64,000 nucleotides of DNA, taken from an uncultured Candidatus Rokubacteria bacterium (lineage in GTDB: Bacteria; Methylomirabilota; Methylomirabilia; Rokubacteriales; DASRDR01). The translations under genes were made by a program, and so were the position numbers. This document shows, one piece after another, positions 8,706 through 19,359 of the stretch. Each line of letters begins with the position of its first letter. The first letter of the stretch is position 1. The notes beneath the pieces were generated by a model. That model searched no databases and had not been told where the DNA came from. It saw only the letters and a program-made list of their open reading frames with translations. The stretch lies in assembly GCA_963805625.1 (NCBI GenBank), contig CAWDVE010000010.1, positions 1,280,001 to 1,344,000 on the forward strand, given 5' to 3'.

Positions 8706-9341
8706 GTGCGCCACATCGTCTGCGCCGGCTACACGAGCCGGGACCGGGCGGATGGCGAGCGGCACATCCGGGAGCTCGAGGGCCTTGGCATCGCGCGGCC
8801 GAAGGAGGTGCCAGTCTTCTTCGCCGTCGCCTCCTACCTCGCGACGGTCGAGCAGATCATCGAGGTCCAGGGCCCCTTCACGTCGGGTGAGGCCGAGGTC
8901 GCGCTGGTCCTCGGGCCGGGTGGCCCCTGGGTGACGGTCGCGAGCGACCAGACTGACCGCTTCGTCGAGCGCCACTCCGTGCCTGCCTCGAAGCAGCTCT
9001 GCCCCAAGGTGCTCGCCTCGACCGTCTGGCCCCTGGCCGATGTGGAGGACCACTGGGACGACCTCGAGCTCCGGGCGTGGGTTCGAAGCGGCCGGAAGCG
9101 GCACCTCTACCAGGAGGCCAAGCTGGGAAGCCTCCTCGCGCTGGACACGCTCCTCTTGGGTCTCCGCCGCCGCGTGGGCCGCGCGCTCGACGGCGTGGTC
9201 CTTCTCTCGGGGACGGTGCCGACCGTGGACGGCCAGCTAGTCTATGGCGACGCGTACGAGCTCGAGCTCGCCGACCCGCGACTCGGCCGAGCCATCCGCA
9301 CCCAGTACGCGGTGCGGGTGCTGGAGGGCGGGAAGCGGTGA
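8706..9341 (+). CDS. DUF2848 (FAH-superfamily) protein, possible +1 frameshift near the 5' end
   Basis: AGYTSRD..ERHIRELEGLG, TSGEAE, SDQTDR, SKQLCPK, HWDDL, LYQE. Confidence 0.75.
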   Translation: MRHIVCAGYTSRDRADGERHIRELEGLGIARPKEVPVFFAVASYLATVEQIIEVQGPFTSGEAEVALVLGPGGPWVTVASDQTDRFVERHSVPASKQLCPKVLASTVWPLADVEDHWDDLELRAWVRSGRKRHLYQEAKLGSLLALDTLLLGLRRRVGRALDGVVLLSGTVPTVDGQLVYGDAYELELADPRLGRAIRTQYAVRVLEGGKR

Positions 9342-9521
9342 TGACCCCGCCCCAAGCGTTCGCCGGTGCCCTCCGACCCCCTTCGAGCCCGGGCCCGTCG
9401 ACACCGTGTGTCAATCCGGCGCGCCCCCTCGACCAATTGGGGTGAGATAGCCACCCCCTGGCAAGATAGTCCCGCCTGGCAGGCTTCGATGGCGAGGGCA
9501 AGCAAGGATCGGAGGCCGATA

Positions 9522-9730
9522 ATGAACACTGATTCGGTTCCGCCACCGGAGGTCGAGCACGCGAGGGTCAATGGCGTCGACCGTCCCTATCTTGGATTGC
9601 GGCGAACACCGCCCATCGCTGTATTTCCAAATCGCGACTCATTGTCATTCGCGGAGGAGGGCACCTCGCGCCGGCTGAACATGCCTCGGCATTCAACGAA
9701 GCCCTCCTGAGCTTCCTGAAGACCCTGTGA
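9522..9730 (+). pseudogene. Alpha/beta hydrolase remnant with large internal deletion
   Basis: N-terminus EHARVNGVDRPYL, then in another frame SRLIVIRGGGHLAPAEHASAFNEALLSFLKTL* (catalytic-His region). Confidence 0.6.
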
Positions 9731-9750
9731 CTGGCAGGCCGTCAGCGGCG

Positions 9751-10014
9751 TCACGCCTCCCGGCGGGCGGCGCTGACGAGGCGACGCCAGCGCAGCGCAA
9801 TGATCCAGGTCAGCGCGCCGGCCACCAGCACCTGGCCGATGTCGACCAGGAGGTAGAGCCAGCTCACCGCCAGCTCGCCGCTGATCCAGCTCGCCATCGT
9901 ACCGATCAGAACACTCCCGACGGCGAGGATCCATCCCCGCAGTCGGCCCGACATGAGACAGGCGACGACGAGACCCAGAATGACCCCGAAGCCGACGGGG
10001 AAGACCTCTTCCAT
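9751..10014 (-). CDS. Small hypothetical membrane protein (3 TM)
   Basis: 87-aa hydrophobic ORF with a GAGGAGG SD upstream. Confidence 0.65.
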   Translation of the reverse strand: MEEVFPVGFGVILGLVVACLMSGRLRGWILAVGSVLIGTMASWISGELAVSWLYLLVDIGQVLVAGALTWIIALRWRRLVSAARREA

Positions 10015-10204
10015 GGGAACCTCCTCAAGACATCGGGCTGAGCGGACTCGATGCGCGCGACTCTAGACGGCGGGCTCGGACCTGTCAATCGTGACCTGCC
10101 GGCCGATTGCGGCACCCCACAGCCTCGGCCTATCATCGGCGGCGTGCCGCTCCGAGCCTCGACTCGGAGCGGCAGCCAGACTCTCGGGAAGCGAGGTCAA
10201 CTCG

Positions 10205-13200
10205 ATGGATCCAGCGTGGTCCCAGGGCCTTCGTTGGCGCTGCATCGGCCCGCCCCGGGGCGGCCGCGTGGTGGCCGTCGCCGGGCACCCCACCGAGCCC
10301 ATGGTGTTCTACTTCGGCGCGGTGGCAGGCGGCGTGTGGAAGACGACGGACGGCGGCACCTACTGGGAGAACGTCTCCGACGGCTACTTCCGGACGGCGG
10401 CCATCGGCGCGCTCGCCGTGGCCGAGTCCGATCCCAACGTCATCTACGCCGGGACGGGAGAGGCGACGATCCGGATCGACGTCTCCTACGGCGACGGCGT
10501 GTACAGGACGACCGACGGCGGCAAGACGTGGACCCACGCCGGGCTCGGGGACACGCGCCATATCGGCAAGATCCAGGTCCATCCGAGGGATCCCGACCTC
10601 GTCTACGTCGCCGCGCTCGGCCACGCCTTCGGGCCGAGCCACGAGCGGGGCGTGTTCCGGTCCCGGGACGGCGGCCGTACGTGGCAGCAGATCCTGTTCC
10701 GGAGCGAGCGGGCGGGAGCGATCGATCTCGCCCTCGACCGGACCAATCCTCGCATCCTCTACGCCTCGACGTGGGAGGTGTACCGCCACTTCTGGACGCT
10801 GTCGAGCGGCGGCCCCGATAGCCGGCTCTACAAGTCGGTCGACGGGGGCGATACCTGGGCCGATCTCACCGACAATCCCGGGCTGCCGCTGGGGATCATG
10901 GGAAAGGTCGGCGTCACCGTGTCCCCGGCCCGCCCCGACCGCGTGTGGGCCATCATCGAGGCGGAGAAGGCAGGTCTCTACCGCTCGGATGATGGTGGAC
11001 GGAGCTGGGAGCTCGTCTCCGACAACCGCGACCTGATCCATCGCCCCTGGTATTACTGCCACGTGTTCGCCGATCCGGTGGACCCCGACACCATCTACGT
11101 CACCAACCTGAAGATGTGGAAGTCGACTGACGGCGGGCGCACGTTCACGGAGATCACGACGCCCCACGGTGACAATCACGACCTCTGGATCGATCCTCGG
11201 GACCCCCGCCGGATGATCGAGGGCAACGACGGCGGCGCCTGCGTCTCGTTCAACGGCGGCCAGAGCTGGTCGACGATCTACAACCAGCTCACCGCGCAGT
11301 TCTACCACGTGGCGATCGACGACCAGCATCCCTACCGCGTCTACGGCACCCAGCAGGACAACTCGAGCGTGAGCGTGCCGAGTGCTTCGGAGAACGGGGG
11401 TATCACTTGGGGTAACTGCGACCCCGCGGGCACCGGGGAGAGCGGGTACATCGCGGTCGATCCTCGCGATCCGAACGTGGTGTACGTCGGCGCGGTGGGG
11501 AGCTCGCCGGGCGGCGGGGGCGCCCTCCAGCGCTACGACCACCGGACACGCCAGATCCGGCTGGTGACAGTCTGGCCCGAGGTCTACTACGGCTGGGGCG
11601 CCAAGGACTTGAAGTACCGGTTCGCCTGGACCTTCCCCATCGTCTTCTCGCCTCACGACCCCGGCACGCTCTACGCCACCGGGAATCTCGTCTTCCGGAC
11701 GCGGGACGAGGGATCGAGCTGGGAGGCGATCAGCCCCGACCTCACCCGGCAGGACCTGACCAAGCTCGAGGCGTCCGGCGGCCCGCTCACCAAGGACACG
11801 AGCGGGGCCGAGCACTACGGCACGGTGTACGCCTTCGCGGAGTCGCCTCGGGAGCGCGGCGTGCTGTGGGCGGGGAGCGACGACGGCCTGATTCACGTCT
11901 CCCGGGACGACGGCCTCACCTGGCAGAACGTGACGCCGCCCGACCTGCCCGAGTGGTCGCTGATCGCGACGATCGAGCCTTCGACCCATGCCTCGGGCGC
12001 GGTCTACCTCGCGGCCACGCGCTACAAGGTCGACGACTACCGCGCCTACCTCTACAAGACCGAGGACTACGGCCGAACCTGGCGGAATCTCGCCGCGGGG
12101 TTTCCGCCCGGGGAGATCAGCCGCGTGATCCGGGAAGACGCCGTCCGGCCCGGTCTCCTCTACGTCGGAACGGAGACGGGCATCGCGGTCTCCTGGGATG
12201 ACGGCGGAACGTGGCACAGATGTCCGTGGAACCTGCCGGTGAGTCCCGTGTACGACCTCGCGATCAAGGGCAGCGATCTCGTGGCGGCGACCCACGGGCG
12301 CTCCTTCTGGGTCCTGGACGACCTCACTCCCCTGCGCGCGCTGACAGCCGAGGTCACCGCCGCGGTCGCGCACCTCTTCCCGCCCCGGGCGACGGTGCGT
12401 CCGTGGCAGAACTGGAGCGTCGACCTCTTCCGGGGCCCCGGCAAGACCTACAAGAACTACATGATGGCGCTCGGGACCGGGCTCACGTTCTACGAGGAGC
12501 GGACGCCCGAGGGCGAGCGCGTGCGCACGTTCCTTGACGCCGGGGAGAACCCCCCGGTCGGCGCCATCGTCTACTACGCCCTGGGCGAGGCGACGGGGGG
12601 GCCTGTCTCCCTGACGTTCCTCGACGACAAGGGCGCGGTGATCCGCACGTTCACGACGAAGCCGGAGACGCCGCCGGCCGCCAACGCCGGGGCGGCCGCG
12701 GGGACCGCCAGCCCGGCCGCTCTGACCCCGCCGCCGGACGAGCGCTACATCACGGCCAGGCCCGGTCTCAACCGCTTCGTGTGGGACCTCCGCTACCCCG
12801 GCGCGGAGAGGGTACCGGGCGATGTCTCGACCGAGAAGGCGATCACCGGGCCGCTCGCGCCGCCGGGCCGCTACCAGGTCCGCCTCACGGTGGGTGACCG
12901 GTCGTGGACCCAGCCGCTCGAGGTGAGGAAGGACCCGCGCGTCTCCGCCACCCAGGGGGAGCTCGACGCGCAGTTCGCACTGTGGCGCCAGATCCGCGAC
13001 ACCCTGTCGGAGACGCACGCCGGGATCAACCAGCTGCGGCGGATTCGCCGCCAGGTCAGCGACTGGTCCCAGCGCCTCCGCGAGTCACCTCCTTCTGACG
13101 CGTCCTCCCCAATTCGGGGCGCGGGCTCTGGCGGACCTCGACCGCCTGGCCGAGAGGGTTCCGGCGTCGTGCGGTCCGGGGTCATCGCCGAGGCGGCCGA

Positions 13201-13495
13201 TCGACTCCTGGCAAAGCTCACCGAGATCGAGACCGAGCTGATCCAGACCTCGGCCCGGAACTCGATGGACGCCCTTCGGCTGCCCGCGCGCTTGAATCTC
13301 CGTCTCGCCTCCCTGGTCAGTGTGCTATCGAGCGCCGACGCGGCGCCTCCCCGGCAGGCGTTCCTGGTCTACGAGCATCTCGCCGGCCTAGCCCGTCGGG
13401 AGCTGGGCCGGCTCGAGGCGCTCATCGAAACCGACGTGGTCGAATTCAACACCCTGGTGCGCGAGGCCAACCTGCCAGCGATCGCAACTCGATAG
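10205..13495 (+). CDS. BNR/Asp-box (VPS10/sortilin-like) beta-propeller glycosyl hydrolase-like protein
   Basis: WRCIGPPRGGR, repeated (S/T)xDGGxTW Asp-boxes, HGDNHDLWIDP, ATHGRSFW. GAGG SD before ATG 10205. Confidence 0.85.
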   Translation: MDPAWSQGLRWRCIGPPRGGRVVAVAGHPTEPMVFYFGAVAGGVWKTTDGGTYWENVSDGYFRTAAIGALAVAESDPNVIYAGTGEATIRIDVSYGDGVYRTTDGGKTWTHAGLGDTRHIGKIQVHPRDPDLVYVAALGHAFGPSHERGVFRSRDGGRTWQQILFRSERAGAIDLALDRTNPRILYASTWEVYRHFWTLSSGGPDSRLYKSVDGGDTWADLTDNPGLPLGIMGKVGVTVSPARPDRVWAIIEAEKAGLYRSDDGGRSWELVSDNRDLIHRPWYYCHVFADPVDPDTIYVTNLKMWKSTDGGRTFTEITTPHGDNHDLWIDPRDPRRMIEGNDGGACVSFNGGQSWSTIYNQLTAQFYHVAIDDQHPYRVYGTQQDNSSVSVPSASENGGITWGNCDPAGTGESGYIAVDPRDPNVVYVGAVGSSPGGGGALQRYDHRTRQIRLVTVWPEVYYGWGAKDLKYRFAWTFPIVFSPHDPGTLYATGNLVFRTRDEGSSWEAISPDLTRQDLTKLEASGGPLTKDTSGAEHYGTVYAFAESPRERGVLWAGSDDGLIHVSRDDGLTWQNVTPPDLPEWSLIATIEPSTHASGAVYLAATRYKVDDYRAYLYKTEDYGRTWRNLAAGFPPGEISRVIREDAVRPGLLYVGTETGIAVSWDDGGTWHRCPWNLPVSPVYDLAIKGSDLVAATHGRSFWVLDDLTPLRALTAEVTAAVAHLFPPRATVRPWQNWSVDLFRGPGKTYKNYMMALGTGLTFYEERTPEGERVRTFLDAGENPPVGAIVYYALGEATGGPVSLTFLDDKGAVIRTFTTKPETPPAANAGAAAGTASPAALTPPPDERYITARPGLNRFVWDLRYPGAERVPGDVSTEKAITGPLAPPGRYQVRLTVGDRSWTQPLEVRKDPRVSATQGELDAQFALWRQIRDTLSETHAGINQLRRIRRQVSDWSQRLRESPPSDASSPIRGAGSGGPRPPGREGSGVVRSGVIAEAADRLLAKLTEIETELIQTSARNSMDALRLPARLNLRLASLVSVLSSADAAPPRQAFLVYEHLAGLARRELGRLEALIETDVVEFNTLVREANLPAIATR

Positions 13496-13532
13496 TCCTT
13501 CGACCGGCCGCCCACACGGCGTGAGGAGACAC

Positions 13533-14210
13533 ATGGCGAAGACACGCGGGACGGGACTCCTGATGCTCTGGACGGACATCGACGCCGAGCACGAGGCGGC
13601 GTTCAACCGCTGGTACGACGAGGAGCACCTGGACCGGCTCCTGGCGGTGCCGGGGTTCCTCTCGGCCTCGCGCTACGTGGCGCTCAGAGGCGGCCCCAGG
13701 TACCTGACGATGTACGAGCTGGAAGACGTCGCCGTCCTGCGGACGGCCGCGTTCCTGGACGAGGTGCGGTTCCGACCGTCACCGGAGCGGCAGCGGGCGT
13801 CGGGCGGCCACATCGGCCGCAATTATCTACTGAACGGCTATCGCCAGATCTTCCCGGCCCGGACGGATCCGATCGAGCTGACCATGGGACCGTCACCCTA
13901 CCTCCAGATGGGGCGCATCGACGTGCCCGCGGCCATCGAGGAAGAGTTCAACGACTGGTACAACTGGGTCTACATCCCGACCTATCTCACGGTGCCCGGT
14001 GTCATCCGCGCACGGCGGTTCGTCGCGGTCGACGCCCAACCCAAGTATCTGACCGTGTACGAGTTCGAGCGGGCCGACGTGCCGGACAGCGAGGCGTGGA
14101 ACCGAGCCCGCGAGTCGAGCCCGTGGAGCCGGCGTATCCGCCCCCAGATGCGCCTCGACCCCGGCTCGCCGGCGGTATTTCGACGGATACGGCCGGGTCA
14201 GGTGCCGTGA
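13533..14210 (+). CDS. Tandem EthD/DUF4286-like dimeric alpha-beta barrel protein
   Basis: Two repeats: EAAFNRWYDEEH...VPGF..ASRY...YLTMYE and EEEFNDWYN...VPGV..ARRF...YLTVYE. Confidence 0.7.
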   Translation: MAKTRGTGLLMLWTDIDAEHEAAFNRWYDEEHLDRLLAVPGFLSASRYVALRGGPRYLTMYELEDVAVLRTAAFLDEVRFRPSPERQRASGGHIGRNYLLNGYRQIFPARTDPIELTMGPSPYLQMGRIDVPAAIEEEFNDWYNWVYIPTYLTVPGVIRARRFVAVDAQPKYLTVYEFERADVPDSEAWNRARESSPWSRRIRPQMRLDPGSPAVFRRIRPGQVP

Positions 14211-14498
14211 GCGGTGGCCAGTCGAGATCAGGCCGCCTCGTCGATCTGCATTGTCCTGACCTGCTCGCCTCCGCCGGAAGAGATCGGCGCAAACATTCGG
14301 GCATTCTCGGCAATCAGAGTCGAGCAACTGACGGCTTGGGTCGTCAACCCGTCGGCGGACGAGGCCCCGCCGACTGTCCCCCGGACAGCCCCGCGACATC
14401 ATGTTCGTCGCCCGGCCGTTGCCCGTGAGAAGATCGCTATAAGGTTGGTCGGCCCGCCAGCACCCTGGAGAGTCTGACAGCCAGAGAAAGGTCGGTTC

Positions 14499-15770
<1,272 letters not shown>

Positions 15771-16037
15771 GGGCTCAACTGGTGCGCCGGGGACGTTTCC
15801 CTTGGCTGCGTGGGTGGTGATCGAGTCCTACCGGTCGTGGAGGGTTCATTCCTATTCCTGGCCCTGCCCCGAACGGCTGGCGACACTTTGTTCGGACACG
15901 AGGCACGCGCGATCGTAGATCTCCCGGTGCTTCGCGCCGCTCTGCACCCGACCGGTAACGATGCCGAGCCCGACTCACCTTGATCCAGAGACCGCGAGCC
16001 GCCCGGCCCGCGGTCGGGGCCGTGCGGGACAGCGCCG

Positions 16038-16814
16038 TCAGCCGGCGGCGCCGCTCAGGAGCGCGAGCGCCTCGTCGTGGAGATGCCCGTTCGAGGCGAG
16101 CGCGGTACCGGAGTAGATCGTCGGGCGCCCGACGAAGTCCGTGAACCGCCCGCCGGCCTCCTCAAAGAGGACCTTGAAGGGCGCGATGTCCCAGGCTTTC
16201 ACGTCGGCCTCCAGCATGAGCTCCGCCTGCCCGCGCAGGACGAACGTGTAGCCGAAGTAGTCGCCGAAGCCGCGCTGGCGGTCCGTGCGCTCGACGAGGC
16301 GGACGAACCCGTCCCAGCACCGCCCCCCGTCGAGCGGGCGGAGCAGATTCAGGCTCGAGTGCACCAACATGGCGTCGCCCAGGCGGTCGACGGGCGAGAC
16401 CCGGAGCCGGATACCATCCGCCCACGCCCCCTGCCCGCGCCGTGCCCAGAAGAGCTCCCCCGTCGCCGGCGAGTGGACCACGCCCAGCGTGACTTCCCCG
16501 TCCTCCTCCAGGGCGAGGAGCGTCGCCCAGTAGGGAATCCCCCGGATGAAGTTCTTCGTCCCGTCGATGGGATCGACGATCCAGCGCCTGGACTGGCTCC
16601 CCTGGGCTCCGAACTCCTCACCGAGGAACCCGATGTCGGGGAACTCGGGGCGGAGCCGCTCCACGATGGCGACCTCCGCCTCGTGGTCGGCCTGGGTGAC
16701 GGGCGTCTGATCGGCCTTCCGCATGACGCGAAGGTCCCTGCGGAAGTAACGGAGCGCGAGCGCGCCGGCGGTGCGGGCCGCATCGAGCGCGGCCTCGAGG
16801 GCGCGGTCGGTCAC
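16038..16814 (-). CDS. hisN: Histidinol-phosphatase (inositol monophosphatase family)
   Basis: KADQTPVTQAD, GEE, WIVDPIDGTKNFIRG, RGFGDY, WDIA. Confidence 0.75.
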   Translation of the reverse strand: MTDRALEAALDAARTAGALALRYFRRDLRVMRKADQTPVTQADHEAEVAIVERLRPEFPDIGFLGEEFGAQGSQSRRWIVDPIDGTKNFIRGIPYWATLLALEEDGEVTLGVVHSPATGELFWARRGQGAWADGIRLRVSPVDRLGDAMLVHSSLNLLRPLDGGRCWDGFVRLVERTDRQRGFGDYFGYTFVLRGQAELMLEADVKAWDIAPFKVLFEEAGGRFTDFVGRPTIYSGTALASNGHLHDEALALLSGAAG

Positions 16815-18007
16815 GACCGGGGCAGTCCGAGCACGCGGTCGCCGATGATGCTGCGCTGGATCTCCGATGTCCCGCCGGCGATGGCGAAGCGACGCGCGAA
16901 GACCGTCTGGAAGGCCCAGCGGCCCCCGTCCGGCGCCCGCGAAGTCCCCCGCCAGAGCTGGCCGTGGAGTCCGAGGAGTCCGCTCGCCGTCTCTGCCATC
17001 CGCACGTACGCCTCGCTGAAGGCGAGCTTCAGCACCGAGCCCTCGGGCCCGGGCGGCTCACCGCGGAGCCGGCGCGTGACCGAGCGGAGGCTCGTGAGCC
17101 GGAGCGCCTCGGTCTCGATCCAGCACTGGGCCAGTGCCTGCCGCACAACCGGATCCTTCGACGCCGGCCCGTCACCACGCGGCGTCTGCCGGGCGAGGTC
17201 AAGGAGGCACCGGGTGAAGTGGTGGAGGTTCGTCTGGTTCCCGAGACCCGTTCGCTCGTGCATGAGAACCGTGATGCCGACCTTCCAGCCGCCGTCGAGC
17301 GGTCCGAGGAGGTGATCCCGGGGCACGCGGACGTCGTCGAAGAAGACCTCGTTGAACTCCGCGTCGCCAGTGAGCTGCACCAGCGGCCGGACGGTGATGC
17401 CCGGGCTCCGCATGTCCACGAGGAGGCACGAGATGCCCTCGTGTTTCGGCGCCGCCGGGTCCGTGCGGACGAGAAGGATGCACCAGTGACTCCGGTGGGC
17501 GTTCGACGTCCACACCTTCTGGCCCGAGACGCGGAAGGTGTCGCCGTCCAGGACCGCGCGCGTGCCGAGCCCCGCGAGGTCGGATCCCGCCCCGGGCTCG
17601 GAGAAACCCTGGCACCAGATGTCGTCGGCCGCGAGGATCGCGGGCAGGAAGCGTCGCCGCTGCGCCTCAGTCCCCCACTCCATGATCCCGGGACCCGCGA
17701 GCATGAGGCCGATGGTGTTCACCCCGGGCGGCGCCCCCGCCCGCACCATCTCCTCCTGGAAGATCATCTGGTCGACCAGGCTCGCGCCGCGCCCACCGTA
17801 CGTCTGGGGCCACGCGATCCCGACCCACCCGCCACGGTGGAGCCGCTTGTGCCACGCGAGGCACGCGTCGAACGACCGGTCGGGGTGGAGGGTGAACTCG
17901 TCGTCGGTGGCGGGCCACTCCGCGCGATGCGCGGGGAGCTCGCGCTCGAGCCATCCCCGCAGCTCGGCGCGGAAGGCCTCCTCGTCCGGCGAGAACGTGA
18001 AATCCAT
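16811..18007 (-). CDS. Acyl-CoA dehydrogenase family protein
   Basis: WCQGFSEPGAGSDLA, GQKVWTS, FNEVFFDDV, IAGGTSEIQR. Confidence 0.9.
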   Translation of the reverse strand: MDFTFSPDEEAFRAELRGWLERELPAHRAEWPATDDEFTLHPDRSFDACLAWHKRLHRGGWVGIAWPQTYGGRGASLVDQMIFQEEMVRAGAPPGVNTIGLMLAGPGIMEWGTEAQRRRFLPAILAADDIWCQGFSEPGAGSDLAGLGTRAVLDGDTFRVSGQKVWTSNAHRSHWCILLVRTDPAAPKHEGISCLLVDMRSPGITVRPLVQLTGDAEFNEVFFDDVRVPRDHLLGPLDGGWKVGITVLMHERTGLGNQTNLHHFTRCLLDLARQTPRGDGPASKDPVVRQALAQCWIETEALRLTSLRSVTRRLRGEPPGPEGSVLKLAFSEAYVRMAETASGLLGLHGQLWRGTSRAPDGGRWAFQTVFARRFAIAGGTSEIQRSIIGDRVLGLPRS

Positions 18008-18186
18008 CGTCAGGCCGTGTGGTAGCACACGCGGCTGGGGCGGTCAAGAACGCGCGATGCGGGAGCTTGTCAGGGCGCCGCCGCCGGCTTCCGCGACACC
18101 CAAGCGCGGCTTGCACTGCCGGGCGTCATGGTCGAGAATCGGCGCGCACCGGCAGCAGCAGGGCCACCACTCACCCGGAGGTCTCG

Positions 18187-18585
18187 ATGCCCAAGCAGCG
18201 ATACTGCGCGAAGACCACCTTCGATTCCTCTTCCTACAGCCAGGGCGTCAAAGTCAGCGGGTCCGGCACCACCCTCTACATCTCGGGCCAGATCGCCCAG
18301 GACGCCAAGGGCCGCGTCGTCGGCCGGGGCGACTTTCCGGCCCAGGCCCGGCAGACGCTCAAGAACCTGAAGGCCATGGTCGAGGCCGGGGGCGGTACGC
18401 TGTCCGACGTCGTGAAGCTGACCTTCTTCCTCACCGACGTGCGCTACCGGCAAGATCTCGTGCCGATCCGCGAGGAGTTCTTCGGGCCCAAGCTCCCGGC
18501 CTCCACGCTGATCACCACCCCGGCGCTCGCGCACCCTGACTACCTAATCGAGATCGAGGCCGTCGCCTTCGTGGAGGGTCGTTGA
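18187..18585 (+). CDS. RidA/YjgF family protein
   Basis: YSQGV, LYISGQ, QARQTLKNL, PASTL, LIEIEAVA. GGAGG SD. Confidence 0.85.
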   Translation: MPKQRYCAKTTFDSSSYSQGVKVSGSGTTLYISGQIAQDAKGRVVGRGDFPAQARQTLKNLKAMVEAGGGTLSDVVKLTFFLTDVRYRQDLVPIREEFFGPKLPASTLITTPALAHPDYLIEIEAVAFVEGR

Positions 18586-19352
18586 TGCGGCTCCAGGGCA
18601 AGGTCGCCGTGGTCACGGGCGCGGCCCGGGGAATCGGGCTCGCGATCGCCCAGCGGTTCGTCAAAGAAGGGGCTCGCGTCGCGCTGGCCGACCGGCTCGC
18701 GGCGGAGGTGGAGACCGAGGCGGCTCGGCTCGGCGCCTCCACGCTCGCCGTCCCCACCGACGTGGGGGACGCCGTGGAGGTGCGCCGCCTGATCACACGC
18801 ACCGTCGAGCGCTTCGGTCGGCTCGACTGCATGGTGGCGAATGCCGCGGTCCAGGCCGAGATCCCATTCCTGGATCTCACCGAGGAGGAGTTCGACCGCG
18901 TCATCCGCGTGAACCTCAAGGGCACGTTCCTCTGCGGGCAGACCGCCGCGCGTCACATGGTGCAGGCCGGCACCCGGGGCACGATCATCAACATGAGCTC
19001 GGTCAACGCGGTCGTCGCGCACCCCGTGCTGGTGCACTACGCCGCCTCCAAGGGCGGCATCTCCATGCTGACGAAGGGCATGGCCGTCTCGCTCGCGCCC
19101 CACGGCATCCGTGTCAACGGGATCGGGCCGGGCACGGTCAACACGCCGATCAACGCCAACTTCTTCAGCATGCCGGGCATGATCGACCGGTTCCTGATGC
19201 GAACTCCTCTCGGGCGCATCGCCGAGGCGGACGAGATCGCGAGCGTTGCGGTGTTCCTGGCATCGGACGAGGCATCCTACGTGACTGGCACCACCATCTA
19301 CGCCGACGGCGGGCGACTCGCGCTCAACGGCCTCATGGCGCGCCCGCAGTAG
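18585..19352 (+). CDS. SDR family oxidoreductase
   Basis: TGAARGIG, NAA, YAASK. Confidence 0.9.
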   Translation: MRLQGKVAVVTGAARGIGLAIAQRFVKEGARVALADRLAAEVETEAARLGASTLAVPTDVGDAVEVRRLITRTVERFGRLDCMVANAAVQAEIPFLDLTEEEFDRVIRVNLKGTFLCGQTAARHMVQAGTRGTIINMSSVNAVVAHPVLVHYAASKGGISMLTKGMAVSLAPHGIRVNGIGPGTVNTPINANFFSMPGMIDRFLMRTPLGRIAEADEIASVAVFLASDEASYVTGTTIYADGGRLALNGLMARPQ

Positions 19353-19359
19353 TCGGCCC

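Noticed and set aside
14238-14400. Minus-strand reading ...LIAENARMFAPISSGGGEQVRTMQIDEAA* as a gene remnant
   Set aside because: No recognisable family and no convincing start, so it cannot be supported
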